Shown one piece after another: positions 33,447-48,335 of a DNA stretch of 64,000 bases (position 1 is its first letter; each line of letters opens with the position of its first letter). The translations under genes were made by a program, and so were the position numbers. The stretch is from the human T2T-CHM13v2.0 reference genome, Homo sapiens. The stretch lies in the NCBI RefSeq assembly GCF_009914755.1, contig NC_060929.1; one strand, given 5' to 3'. A model generated the notes under the pieces. That model searched no databases. It was not told where the DNA came from and saw only the letters and a list, made by a program, of their open reading frames with translations.

Positions 33447-35920
33447 AAAAAAAAAATGAATGAAATAGTCTCTACCCTCAAGGAGCTCAGAGTCTTATTT
33501 AGGAGACAGACATGGAAACACAGATTAATGTTAAAAGTACCATATAAGTGGATGTAGAACACATAAATTATCGTGTCCCTAACACCATCAGCCTGTTTTA
33601 TAATTATGTATTTACATGTCTTTTCATCTCTATTAGATTATAAGCTCCTTAAAATTACTCCATTTGTTTCATCTTTGCATGCTTGTGTGCATGCAAACAC
33701 ACACATGTGCACGCACGCACACACACACACACACACACATCCCCCAGGAGCCAGCTGAGGACTCTGAGTAAACACTTGATAAATATATGCTCTTCTTTAT
33801 CTGGAAAGGTGACAATTTTGATTTACCATTAGGTAAATCAAGATGTACTAGTTGTGGATGAGGCTATCTAGGTGAACACCGTGCACATGTACACACATGG
33901 ATTTTGTTAGGGGCAATCTTTGAGCCTGGAGTATGTCATAGAAAGACAGAAAAATATTAACAAATTTTTCAGATGAACATCAATGATTCAATGCAAACTC
34001 TTTATCTCAATGAATATAATCACAGAATGCATTTCCTCCAACTTAGAAAAGGTTTCATTAAGATGCATTTTGAAAGGGGATAACACAATTTTTTCAGTGT
34101 AGCTCGAGAAGAGGCTTTAGTTAGGGAGTGAAGATCAAGAGAGAAATTCCTGATTCCTTTTATTCCTTTTCATAGCCAAATCAATATCCTCATAACCTGG
34201 TGCTGCCTCACTCTACCCCTACAATCCATCACTAGATCTTATTAATCCAACTCCAAAATCTGTCTCACACCTGTTGATTTCTCTCCATCTCTACTGCCAC
34301 TAACCTTACTTCAGACAAACATCATTTCCCATATGAAATTTTGTAATGGCTTTCTAGTAGGTCTCCTGTTTCCTCCTCTTGCCTCACTCAAATCCACTCC
34401 CTAAACTTTAGTCAGAGGGATCTTTCTAAAGCACAAATCCAATTATACTGCATTTTGATTTAAAAAAAAAATCCCTTAATGGCTTACTATTGCCTTCAAG
34501 ATAAAAATTCAAACTCTATATATGCTTAGTACCCCACAGTAGTAAGGCTCTACTTACCTCTTGAGGCTCATCTCTCTATATGTCAGCCATATAAAATAAT
34601 TTCCAATATTCTCCAGTGCTAGCCCAGTGTCAGGCACAAAGCAAATAGTGTTGCTGTTGCAGCTACAGTAACTACTACTACTACTGCCACTAATAGCATC
34701 TGTCATTTAATAAATACTGTATATACCAAGTGTGCTAAATGCTATAATTTATATAGTCCTTACAACTCTCCTATGAGGTGGCAATTATTATTCTGTTTTT
34801 AAAATGAGAAAACAAACTTAGAGTGACTGGTAAAAAGTCACATATATATTAAATGGTGGAGCCATTCTAATACTAATTCTTACTAAGTGTTTTCTGGATG
34901 TCAGGCACTGTACTATGTACTTTATATGTATTGTCTAATTTAATACAACAATCACTTATATTTCAAGAAACCAAGGCATGCAATAATTTCTGTAGAATGA
35001 ATAAAGACCTAATCCAAGTCTTTGAGCTTGCCTCACTTGTGTCGAGTCCATTTCTATCTCTTGAACTTGTTCCACTTGTTTTAATCCTCTTCGCTTCATG
35101 CCAAGTCTCCTCCACTGTTCAAACCAAAGACTTAAGAGGATTTCTGCCACTCTCTTAAAGCTTAATATTATCACTGGTAACAAAAACACTACTATACTAC
35201 TTTACATTTCATTAAAGATGAACAGTTCAGAAAATATTTTCAAATATTAAACATTATTAAACAAATTTTTAAGAATTATTATAGATGAGGAAAGCTTAAG
35301 AGACTTCATTAAGGATAAACAGCAAATGGTAAAGCTGGAACTAAATCCTAGGCCTTGTGACCCATACTTTAGGGCCTACTCATTATCCATTTCTCTGTTA
35401 TTATTGTATTCACAGGCTGCTCTTAGTATTGGCAGAAACAAACTCATGACAATACATAGTAAATATGAATTATTGTAAGAATAAGTTGAGGTGAAGTCCA
35501 AGAGGATACAAGGCCACTTCATCCACATGCTAGGCAAAAACATATAGGATGTATACGGAACTCAGTTTTTGTATTTCGAGGCTATGATTAGTTTTCTAAC
35601 GGAAGCATTCATTGAAAAATGCACTTGTGCCACTCCCCTGCCTCCTTCACATTTTAAAATCATGTGTATGCATATTAAAGTCTGGGACATACATCTCTTG
35701 TTTATTCTAATAACTTTTTCCAGTGGCAAGAAGCTTCTGTTATTATTTTAAGAATGTAGTAGTATCTAGCTGCCTTTCCTAAAATCATATGCCAGGTCGT
35801 GCTTACAATTAGGGGAGATGAAGAATGCGAAGAAAGACAATTCATTCATCTCCATCTGAGAAGTCCCCAGGAAACCCAAACCAAAACCAAACCAGATATG
35901 ACTGATAATAAGAAGGATAA

Positions 35921-36222
35921 GCCTGGGTGCGGTGGCTCACGCCTGTGAATCCCAGCACTTTGGGAGGCTGAGGTGGGTGGATCATGAGGTCAGGAGTTTG
36001 AGACCACAGCCTGGCCAACATAGCAAAACCCTGTCTCTCCTAAAAATACAAAAAAAAATTAGCCAGGTGTGGTGGCACGTGCCTGTACTCCTAGCTATTT
36101 GGTAGGAAGAGAATTGCTTGAACCCAGGAGGCAGAGACTGCAGTGAATCGAGACCGTGCCACTACACTCCAGCCTGGGTGACAGAGCGAGACTCCATCTC
36201 AAAAAAAAAAAAAAAAAAAAAA
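35921..36222 (+). mobile_element. AluS
   Basis: Dimer with small indels; TSD aagaaggat. Confidence 0.9.
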
Positions 36223-37015
36223 GAAGGATGAGAAGACATAGCAGCACAATATTTATTGTGTCAAGTAGTGTTCTAAATCCTTGGCATGTAATAATCTACC
36301 TAATCCTCATAGAAACTCCATGAAGTGAGTACTGTTACATATCCATTTTACAGGTGTGGAAACTGAAATGCTAAGAGGTAGAAACAAATCCTGATGGCAG
36401 TTTCCTACTAAAAATAAAGCTCTGAAAGATACATGCACAAAGACTAACCCTCTGTAGAACAATGTGCAGTTATGTGTAAAGCTAAACACATAATGACATT
36501 TACTTAGGCAAGAAATCATTTTAGAAAAATTACACCTCAAAATTCACCATTTTAGCCAAGGATATTTTATCTTATAGTAACAGAGGTACAGAGATTTTCA
36601 ACCATATTTTCAAGAAAATGACTGAAAATCAACCAGATTTTCAAGACAGTGAATGACTGAAAACTACATTGCTGTCACATTTGTTACTCAGTGAATACAC
36701 TACACCTGAACCCTGCAGATCCAGCCACAAATATTACATGTCTACAGCCAGAGTCTCAACTCTGTTCTCTGCAAATATTGTACTTCTTACAGGTGATTAT
36801 AAAATTAAATGTTTAAAAATTGCTTGTAAAAATAGTAAAGGCACAGAAATGCCACTTTAACCTGGTTCATTTAAGTAGAACTCTAGCAAGTCCTTCTGAC
36901 CTTATGTCAGAGATGTTCAAGCAGAGAAGTCCTCAGTTTGTTTTTATATTTACTTATTCCTTCTGCTTTCTTGAGCCTAAATTTCATTTTTCCCTCTTTA
37001 CCCTACTGATAAATA

Positions 37016-37349
37016 CAGAATCCCTTCCTTATCCACAGTTTCATTTTCCAGTTTCAGTTGCCAACAATCAACTGAAGTCTGAAAATAGATGAGTACAGTA
37101 TAGAAAGATATTTTGAAAGAGACGTTACATTCATGGAACTCTTTTTACAGTATGCTGTTATAATATTTTAATTTTATTATTATTATTGTTAATCTCTTAT
37201 TGTGCCTAATTTATAAATTAAACTTTATTATAGGTTTGTATAGATAGGAAAAAAGTATATAGTATATATAAGGTTCAGTACTATCTGCAGTTTCAGGTAT
37301 CGACTGGGGGTCTTGGAACATGTCCCCTGTGGATAAGGGGGGACTACTA
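37016..37349. mobile_element. MER44/Tigger7-like DNA transposon
   Basis: Ends ...ccttatccac and gtggataaggggggactac form degenerate TIRs. Confidence 0.7.
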
Positions 37350-40300
37350 TCAATGTGTTTGTCCATCTGAAGTCCTCTGTTTTACTTAGCTATGTAAAAG
37401 ATAAAAATAAAAATAAAAAAATAAAAATTTCTAGAAAAGCAAGATGAGCCACGGTTACATATGTATAGACATGTATGTTATGTAATGTATAGACATTAAT
37501 TTAATTATGAATGCTTCGGAGCAGTCTCCAGAGATAATCATTAGCCTATACCCATGCAAAGAGTATGTTTTTGCGTAACTTTTGAGTGTGCATTAAAATC
37601 TATTAGTAATAATTAGAAATTGGGATATTTAGTTCAATAATAATTTTTTTAGATCAAAGAATAGTTATAAACATCAAAATTCATCTCATTCTTTCTCATA
37701 ATAAACCTTTAGGTAGCAGGGTAGAAGATATTATAAAATTTAGAAGACTAGTGGTCAGTCTATTCTTTAGTAAAATTATTTCTCATTATTTCTCCTTATG
37801 TGGGTAAATGCCTATTTTTTCCTCTTTATTCATATAATTAGAATCTCATGATCATTTAAAATCCGACCAGACCTTCTGTTTTTTGTTTTCATCTCAGTGA
37901 CACAGGAGGTGACTTTTATGAGGGATGCATTTATGCTTCAGCTTAATGTTCCATGATTAAGAAGAAGCAAAAATATATTTTGCAGAAAAAGTATTTGAAA
38001 CCAACCAGGGAAAACAATTTGGCCCTCACTTGTAAAGGACAGAAACATCAACATTTCGGGGTTACACTGAGTTCTCCCTGGAGAGATGGGTTTAAATTAC
38101 TTAGTCAAAGGACCAGAGTAGAACCTAGGAGTATGCAAGGTGCTGACACAATTGTCTTATCAAACAAAACACAGTCCCTTGTAGGTAGATTTTCCCCATC
38201 TTCCGTAAGTAATGCTATCTAAACATACGTACTATAAAGTCAGTTGAGTAAGATGCCAGTTACCCACTTGTCCAAGAGTAAGTATAAGAAATGTATCTTT
38301 TTCAATGGGCATTATTCTATAGGAGTCAAATAAACCATTTTGATACATCAAAAGCATGGGTTAGGGCTGCTGGACCCCATCCACAGTATGCAGCAATGCT
38401 TTCAAGAGCTACTTGCCCAGTGAGGGCAAAAACAGAAAACTATGTAAAGTCCAAATAGCCTGGGTGATCCCAAGTATAGATTATAGGATATGCGAAAGCT
38501 GTGGCTTCATTAGTTCCAGAAAAGGCTGCTGATGAGCCATTTTCCGCCAAGGTAATTTAACTTTTTTTTTTTTCCTTTTGCCATAAGTACTGGGTGGGTT
38601 TCACTGACGCTGGCTTTACAACAATGGAAATTTTACACTACAGTAGCCGGCAGAGAAAAGGAAAGGGTCAAAGGGCAAATTCCTCTTGCTGCAATATGTT
38701 TTCACCAGTTGAACCTCACCCTTGTGATTAGCAGAGCTCAGACAGCTGAGAGTTGGAAGTGGGGAGGGGGCAGAAAGGGGAGGTTTTCATGGGTGTGTCA
38801 AAAAAATTGTGTGAAATATTTGCCAAAGGTTAACTGAAAGAGACTGAATACCGCCTGCTCTTCCGCTGGGACCTTCTCTTTTCATTAGTGGGAGGTGTTC
38901 CATTCCTTTGGGAAGAACAGGCTCCTTGTTCTCATTTTGTTCACAATAGCTACTCAGACATCTATTTAACGTTATTTATTCTTACTTATTGTTAACCCAT
39001 CTAGGGAAGGAAAGAGATGGGCTGCCTGGTAAACTAAGGTAATGGAAGCGTGAGAGTAAACACACCCCACATACCCCCTTGGGGAAATAAACAGGAGTAA
39101 CAGTATGGGGCAAAAACCATTTTTCCTCTTGAACAAGGGATGATGACAGTGGTAAAGATGGTGCTCAACTAGAAATTTTGAGACAGTAACAGCAGCAGTT
39201 TTCGACCTGTGCTTATCCCAGAATTGTTTCCTGTCTGTGGAAAGACAACAGCAGCTCCCTTGGACAATGCTTTATCTGAGGCAGTGGTCCCCACATGTGT
39301 ACTCCAGCCCCTCAGCACCATTTCTTGCCCCTAAGCTTTGACTCAGCCATGTTAAAGAGTATTGCAGAAATGCGATTAAAAGTGTCCTCAGCTTAGATGT
39401 ACATCTTCAGGCAGCCTCCAAAAATGCCTTAGAGCCTCTTAGAGCCATTTGAGTGAGTCACTTCAAAGACTGGATAGATAAGAATCAAAATTCTAATAGA
39501 GGGGTAAGATCAACCTATGTGAAGTTGAATTCTGAAGGAAACTTTAAAATAGAATTTGGAATGGAAGCATATCAGTTAATATACACAAGCTATCTCTCAA
39601 GGTGACTATATGTGGTTGTTTTATTTAAAAACATATAATGATACAGAATAGTGTAGGTCAGAAGATCAGTGTGAAATGAGGCTTACATGAAGTTTTGATA
39701 TTTTAGTGGTTGGCAGCAACTTCTTCTAGAAATTTCTCAGAAGGCATTCCTTCTGCTTATGAAGGGTGATATAGTATAGAGTTCTGTATTCTAACCTTCC
39801 TAGTACCTATCACTATCAGTCTTTCATTTATTCTTAAAAACAAACCCTTTTCTCTCACACTGCTTTCATTATCCACTCTTTGTGTTTCTGTTTAGCCATT
39901 TCTCTTTTCAGGCATCCTTTCTCTAGCTTCCCTATTCTCTTCCCTACTCCCAACTCTATACCCCTCCATATTCAGCTTAAATCCCATCAACTAAAAAGCC
40001 TTCTGATCCTACTCCAGGCTATTCTGCCCTTCTCAGCTCTGAATTTCCATATTAATTATACATTTATACCTCACAATCCACTGTTTTATTACACACTGCC
40101 TTATATGTATTATTCTCTAGTTGTTTCATGGGTATTTTTCATTTGCCCAAGCTTATGGGATTCTTTCATGTTACCCATGGTGCCTATCCCAGTATGTTTA
40201 GTAATCACTCAAACTTACTGACTTGACCTGAAGCCCTCAAACTGTGGCAGCCAATCATTAGGTCTCCTATTATGATTTTCCCATAACAAATTTCTCATAC

Positions 40301-41731
40301 CAATGAATATTTATGGATTTCTATAAGGGTCCTGGGCACTAACATGTGTACAACTCTGCAGAATGTCTATTCTTTATCAATGGATTTTATCTTTCAAATC
40401 AATTAGGAGTTAATGTATCCCGTTAGGGAACAGGAGAGTCCATACTGTTTTCCATAACCACTGACAGAATAATACCAAGGATATCTCTACATATGATTGA
40501 AATATATAACTAAAAAATCTAACTTAGGTAGGCAGAATGTAATTACTGAAGCTGGACTATGGCCAGGAAACTTGGAAGAACACTCCCAATTCCTGCCAAA
40601 GATTCCATGGATAACCACAACTGGTCAGAATCTCCACTTCCATGTACCATCTTAAACACAGTGCTTCTTTCAGTCCTGTGCTCCAGCAAAATAAGGCCAC
40701 TCAAGCAGTAAGATTCACAGGGGAATAGTAACATCCAAAGGTTCCTAAAGAACAACGTTTAATATTTTTGTTTGTATTTTGACAAATGTATGAGGTCTAC
40801 AGGAAATACCCAAAGCAAGTACCACAATGTTTCTGGCAGGATATATTAGAACAGAGTCTGAGATGCATCCTGTTTTGCTAACTTGAAAGAAATATCTCTG
40901 GTTATATAGCAAGGTACTCATTCTTAACACTTAACACACACTACAGAAGGCTTCAGCCCTTCTTTGGGAGATGTGGAAAATTATATAGTATGCATACGTA
41001 TCTGTCTCATGGATACTGAGGAGTCAAAAATTAACTACCTCTTACCTAATTTTTCATAAGATAATTTTTCTGAGTGGCTCTGGATTTTATTAGGTATTTT
41101 GTACACATCTATGCCAAGAAAACATTATCTTGGTCAGTTCTTCCTCATGTAAGTGAAGGGAATGATCAAGTCAAATTTGATGTTTTCCTATGTTATAACC
41201 TTCAGCTCCATGTTTCTTTCACAGTTGAAATAGAAGACATAAAATATATAGATAGGTCGTAAGTGATAATGAATTGATAACAATTCATACCTAAGAGTTA
41301 CGTAATTAGGCTGCTACATTACTTGAAAAAAGATATTTTAAAAATTGTGCTTTCCAAATGAGATCCTAGAAAAGGTCATTCTAGGTCTTCAATAACTTTT
41401 GGGGTAAGAAAGGTTCTTGACTCTCCTTTTGAACTTCAATTTTTAATCATGTATCGCAAATTCTAAACTTGTGATGTGCTCAACAGTAAGAAGGAGAAAA
41501 ACCACTTATAAGAGTACCCACTATAATGTTATTTCAAATTTACTTTAGACTTATTTTTAATCAAATTGATGACAAGTTTCTCGCTGATTTCCCTTACCCA
41601 CCCAAAAACACCCCTTATTTCCTGACAAGCAGCAATAAAATATAACATGGTCACTGTTACACAGCCCTTACTTGTTGAGTTCTAAGATGTTCAGGTGTCC
41701 TTAATATTAACTGCTTTAGGATAGATAGTTA

Positions 41732-42040
<309 letters not shown>

Positions 42041-45000
42041 CTAAGTGAAGGCACTTTCACTGATGGACTACGAGCTGACATTTCAATGTTGGTTAATAAG
42101 ACAAATGGCAAATGAAAGAGCTGCTAAGGAAAAGACCTTTACTGTCATTTGCTTTCTAAAGTGTAGTGTGTGGACAGAACCCAGGTTCAAACAAGTGCAC
42201 TATGTCTTTAAACCTCTTTTATTTTTCTCCTTTTTAATTACATTCTAAAATGAGGATAACAATGATCAATCTCATAAAAAATTGTCACGAGGGTTAAATA
42301 AGGTCATATATATAAAGCTCCCAGTGATGCGCTAATAAATGTTTAACCACTGGCTCCCTATGGCAGGGGGTGGGGGAGTTCTGATTTGTGGCATTTGCCA
42401 ATTTTTGTAGTGTAAAAACCTCACTATGGCCAATTTCAAGCTACCAGCTTGATATACTAAAGGTGAACAGGAGAAGATATGCTAATAATAGGGTCCTATG
42501 AACCAATACTAGCTGGCTCCAGCACACCACTGAATGCTTCTAACATAGTGTCTGTCATATAACAAACAAGAAATAGTAGGTATTTTTATTATTATCACAT
42601 TGAGGCAGGTTCTCCCATAATTAAAAATTTTATGCTAAAACCACTCTAAGGAAGCTGAGGATTTGTTTTTCAATTTCTAGAAATAAACCTCTATGAAGAT
42701 AGGATGTGAATGTCCTTACAAGGACAGAGAAGGCCAGGTATCCATCCTGAGAACATGGGAGTCTTAAAACACCTTCGGCAAGAGCAGAGCTCTGAGCTAG
42801 CTCTATGAAAACAGGCAGATCTCTTGTTTCAACCTTTTGGCTCCTAAAAACAGCTTCTACACAGCTAATGTGGAAAGAAATGCAAATGTCTTAGAAAAAA
42901 ATAACATGTCTCACATTTGTAGGTATACTACACCTTTACCCTAAAGTCATAAACTTTCACATACATAATTTCAGGGGGTTTGTGGTTTGTTTTGTTTTTT
43001 TTGCAACACTTCTGCAGGATTCACTCTTCTGGACACATTAATTAGTCTAAGGGATGTAACTCATGATCTAAATCAGATCAATGAGAATTCTGGTTTAGAA
43101 TTTTTATATCTCAACTGGAGCAAAAGGGACCCTTTCCTTTCTGGTCACAAAGGTGCATAAGATGATGAGTTCAGAGCTGCAGTGGCTGGGTTCCCTGTCA
43201 AGTGAAATTAGCTGATTTCAAAGAATGCACAGGAGCTAGAAAGCCTGGGTGGTGTGTGAGTCCTTGATTCCAGCCATTTCTCAAGCTAGGTTCCCCCTTA
43301 CACTTCCCTCAGCTGTGTTACGTAAATCTTATGTGCTGAAGCCAGCTCAAGTTGAAGTTTTGTTATCTGAAACAAGGGTCTTGACTGACATATTGTATTT
43401 CATTTATTAAATATTTGCTGAATGTCTACTACGTTCAAGGCATTGTGCTTTGTTTTATAGAAGAAAGTAAGATCCAGTGTTAGGAAAACAGTTATCCAAA
43501 ATCATGAAAAGAGCAATGATGGAATCAGGACTGGATTCCCCATTGATTGCTATTTCAATCGAAATTCATTTTAACATTGCTGAATAGTAAAATATAGGTT
43601 ACAAGCACGGGATCACAAGACATTTTCTTCAATCCATAATTATAAATCATGCAGTTATTCTCAATGAACATGCTCATGCTTTTAGGTGGGAGACTCCCAA
43701 GAGAGAAGAATATGGAAAGCTTAAGAGCAAATTTCTCACTGTTTCTGTGAGCATAGCTCCATTGTGCCAGTTTTGTATACGGAAGATAATACTTTAGTGA
43801 AGTCAGAGTACTAGTATCCTAAATTTGAGACTGCATTAAGCCAACACTGGCCTTTGTTCATTATTATTCGTATTGTCTTTACTTATAAAGAAAACCAGCA
43901 TTTAGAAATATAGTTAGCCAGTTTTTCAAATTTAAATTATATTTTATCAACATCTACAAATTTTCAGCCTAAAATTCATTTAAAGAATGATGATTTAATT
44001 TTGAATTTAAAAAATCTGACACAAACATTTTTTCTAAGTCATTTTCCAAGGGAGATTTAAAGTAATTTTCATATTCTTTCCTTTCTGTTTTCCACAGATG
44101 AACATGATCCCCAGTTGTTAGTACCATTTTTGGTAAGGAGGAAAATGTGTACTGAAAATAATACTTGCATGCCAGCCATAGTGAAACTCTGATTCAACTT
44201 TGCAACAGTGATTTCATCACCAAGATTAGGGGATAAAACAGAAATGTGTATTACAGTCACAAAAAGTTCAGTCACACAACCTCCAGCCATGATCTCATTA
44301 GTTCTCATAATGTAAGAGGGATGGAGGCCTTCAAATTAAACACAGGTGTCCCGAGTAACCACAATGATTCAGAAGTGTTGCAAAGGGTCAGGGACACCTC
44401 TGTCTTTTTATTCTTTGTCCCCTCTTCCATTCCATCTCTCCTCAGAAACTTAACCTAGATGTATCACTCTAGCCTTTAACTTGGAATATATGAAATCAGA
44501 AGTATTAATCACCCTCCCAATTTCCTTTCTGACTTTAACTCTCATTTCAGGCTTCACACTCAGTCCCTGTTGCATCTTTATTGCTCATCGTATCATCCCT
44601 TCCCATGTCTCTCTGAAGGATTAAATCACACCCTAGTTATTTAAACAGTTTTGCAATTCTACCACTGCATCTGCTTGTCTCAGTTTCTCCACTCTCCCAT
44701 CTAGTTTAAGACATACTGCTTTCCCTTGTCTTCCTTCTCCACGTATTTGACCCTCTGATGGCATTCTTTCTCTGTCTTCTTTCCCTCCTCTAGACTTGGT
44801 GGCAAAAACATGAATACAGAAATTCTCTCTGGGAATATAAATTGCCGAATCGTTATAGCTGGAACAATTCTGGGGCTGTTTCTTTCTGAGCTTTTCCCAA
44901 TACACAAATTGTCTTTATCTTCACAAGTCCTTCATAGCTATTAGACATTAACAATTAGTGGGATTCATGTTCGAGTGTCTGAAATAAGAGTGGCTTGCTG

Positions 45001-46779
45001 CAGCCTCTGTAATCTGACCTACAGTCCCGATCTCTTATTATTACAAAAAATAGTATAATTTGGAGAAGGGAATAAGAGAGACAGTATAAAAAATTTGCCC
45101 CAACCTTGGTAAACCAGAATATTTTTGAAGAAATAATCATCATAAAACCAGAATATTGTTTTTGCTTTTTAATTTAAAGGAAAATGGCAGAGCATATGAA
45201 AATAAACTGATATTAAATATTAGGATTAAGAGAGAGATTTCCTAGGCTTTGTCCCAGAGTCAAGGGTCTAATCATCAACTCTTTTTACAAACACAACATA
45301 GCAAAATTGTAAAAATCTTCAGAATTTGACAATAATATCTTTACTCAAAGAGAAATTCAGTTATATAAATTATTGTCTACTTACAAAGATAAAAAACTTT
45401 CCTACATTTTAAATTAACTTAAAAAAATTTCAAAACAAAAAGTTGTTAAAAAAATAAAAAGAATTTTTTTTCATTTCTCAGCTAATTGGAAAGTGAAACT
45501 AATATTAAGCAGAACACTGTATGCCCTAAACATTATACAGTCAAGGTTTTTCTAAATTTTTAAAAATCAACATAATAAACATCTCTGAAGTTGTAGCAAC
45601 TGAGAATGTGTCAATGAAGCAAGCAAAATTAGATGTATCAAAGTGCCACCAGACATTTGATTTGTACCTTACAAAGCTGGTGATGTCTGATGTAATGGAA
45701 AAAACATCACTGGATATTAGCATACCTCAGTCTGTGAAATGATGGGAGTGGACCTAAATAATTTCTATGATTCTTCCTAGGTCTTAAATTTTGGAGTTTT
45801 ATAGATGACTCTAATGAATTTTTTTCTAAACTTAAAATAAGAGATGACAGTTGTCCATGGGTGAGGTCCAATGACTCAGAATAATGGTTATTAAACATTA
45901 TACCTTAAAATATACCAATTAAATAAAACCTAGCCACTGGATAAAAATTAATCTCTTCCCACCCTAAGTTTCCTTCAGCACTTTTGCTTAAACTCTCTTA
46001 TTGTACTTAACAGATTTTGTCTTGTACTGTAGTTATTTTTGTATATATTTGCCCAATTAGATTACCCTCAGGAAAGAGAACCATTTCTCCCAAAGTACAG
46101 TGTCTTCCAACTTGAAGTTGATTAATAAATGTTTTTAAATTCTTGGTCACAATATTATTAAAATGAATAGTTCTCTTGTTTTCACCTCTCTGGTTTTCAC
46201 AATTTTAAAAACCACAGTATCATACAGGAATAATATTTATCACTCAAGGATTCTTCACATGAGGTCATATGCAGAAATAGTCTTGCTATTAAAACACGGC
46301 ATGGTAAAAACTTAACTCAGCCTTTCTCTTTGGATTCCAACTTATTTTTTTTTCTTATGGTTGGGGATTAGCTTCTTACCAATCATATCCTTTAATATTA
46401 ATTCCTTTCCTTTTTTTTTTTCCAGTTATTTAAGGCTATGTCATGGATCCCACTACTTTCATTCATAGTCACTTTACTACCTTGACTACTATACTCTTTC
46501 TTATAAAAAGAGTTGCTGCTATGAACATGATAACTTTCCCCAGCAAGGACTCCTCTGGGTCTTCAAAGTCTTCCAAATAAACATAATATTATTTCTCTAT
46601 CAATGCCTGTTTTGTCTATTTTTCCTAGTCCTCCGTCATTTTCTCTATAAGGACAAATCTTACTGTTCTCCCTTTTTGTATACTGTACTTATAAATTCTC
46701 TCAATATAACTAAAGACATTTGAAATATTTCATTATTTGAAAAAATACTTTCTGATAAAAAATACGATTTAGAATTTTA

Positions 46780-47810
46780 AACTAATGGTATAGGGAAAAC
46801 AATCGTGATTGAAAATAAGTATAGATCCCTTCCTCAAATCAGGCAAAACATTTCAGATAGATCAATGTTTACATTAAAAATAAAAAAAGAAACTTTGAAA
46901 GTATAAGAGTGGGGAAGACCTTTCTAAACAGTGTACCAATGAAGAAATAAAGGTTTGACAGCTTTCTTAAATAAGATTTTCTAAATTTTATCAGTAAAAA
47001 TAGATCAAAACACCATAAATAACATGGAAAATAGACGACAAACTAGGAAAAAATATTCAGAACACAGATAAAAGAGTTCATATCCTTAATACATTAAGAG
47101 TTCATTCAAATCAATAACAAAATAATAAATACTTCAATAGAAGTATTGATAAGTAGTTCAATAGGACAGGCCATGATGATAAAAGGCAAAAGAGAAGTAG
47201 TACAAACAGCCACTAAACATAATTTTTAAATGTTCAGTCCCATCAGCAGTCCCATATATGCAAAATAAGACAGCAATTAGATATCAGGGCTTTTCCCCTA
47301 TAAAATAATGAAAGATTATTTTTAAAATAATAATAACGACTGTTGTTCACTTCCAGGAAAATGGCATTCTCATAGACTGTTAATCGGAATATAGATTCAC
47401 ACAATCTTTCTGGAAAGTAATTGGACAATGTGATCTCAAAGACTAACATGTGCTTCCATTTGAACTATAAATTATTTTCTTCTTTATTTAGCATATATAA
47501 TTATAAAGAACAGTTTCAGAAGCAAAAGTGGTTAATGCTGCATTATTGCAGGGGATCAAAATAAAAAGTACAGCCAAAATCGTTCAAGAGTGGAATACCA
47601 ATTTAAATAAACAATCACATATCTACTAAACGTTGTCAAAGACTTCAAATGTTCCAAATGTTGAGAACTGACTATAAAGTGTCATAAGTAGTGTAATACA
47701 ATTTTTTTTATATACACATGCCTCTGTATACATAGAAAAAATACTGGAAATATATACATCAAAGTATTAACAGTGGTTTATAGGTTTTTTTGTTTCCTTC
47801 TTTTTGCTTA
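46780..47810 (+). mobile_element. Ancient L1M 3' fragment
   Basis: A-rich degenerate similarity to the end of L1 ORF2 and 3'UTR. Confidence 0.55.
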
Positions 47811-47934
47811 TCTGCCTATCACATGATCATCTAAAAAAAACCTATCTGCTTTCTTCACACTCGTAAAGTTTTACTGAATTCAGTAGCCTTTCTATGATTT
47901 CTATCTCTGTAATACCAATGTCAACTGGGAATCT

Positions 47935-48335
47935 CAGATGGTCCCTGATGTTTGACGGTTTGACCTAATGATTTTTCAACTTTACATGATAAGAAAGCAA
48001 TACACATTTAGTAGAAACTACTTGAATTTTTGAATTTTAACCTTTTCCTACCCTAGCAATATGAGGTACAATAGTATCTCTAGATGTTGGGCAGCAACAG
48101 CAATCTGCAGCTCCCAGTCAGCTACGCTATCATGAGCGTAAATGACCAATACTCTACAGTGTACTGTGTTGCCAGATGATTTTGCCCAATGGTAGTGTTC
48201 TGAGCACATTTACGGTGCACTGGGCTATGCTATGATGTTCAGTAGGTTAGGTGAAGTAAATGCATTTCAACTTACAATGTTTTCAACTTTGTATAGGTTT
48301 ATCAGGATGTAATCCCACCACAAGTCAAGCATATA
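47935..48335. mobile_element. MER47/Tigger5-like DNA transposon
   Basis: cagatggtccc start; ...tttatcaggatgtaatccc...aagtcaagcat end. Confidence 0.65.

Larger units (their letters stand above)
27943..33451 (+). mobile_element. Harlequin/HERV-E-type (LTR2) ERV1 sequence, retroposed processed copy
   Basis: R-U5 only at the 5' end, tRNA-Glu PBS, gag/pol/env fragments, no 3' LTR, A tract, 17-bp TSD AAAAATGAATGAAATAG at 27926-27942 and 33452-33468. Confidence 0.9.
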
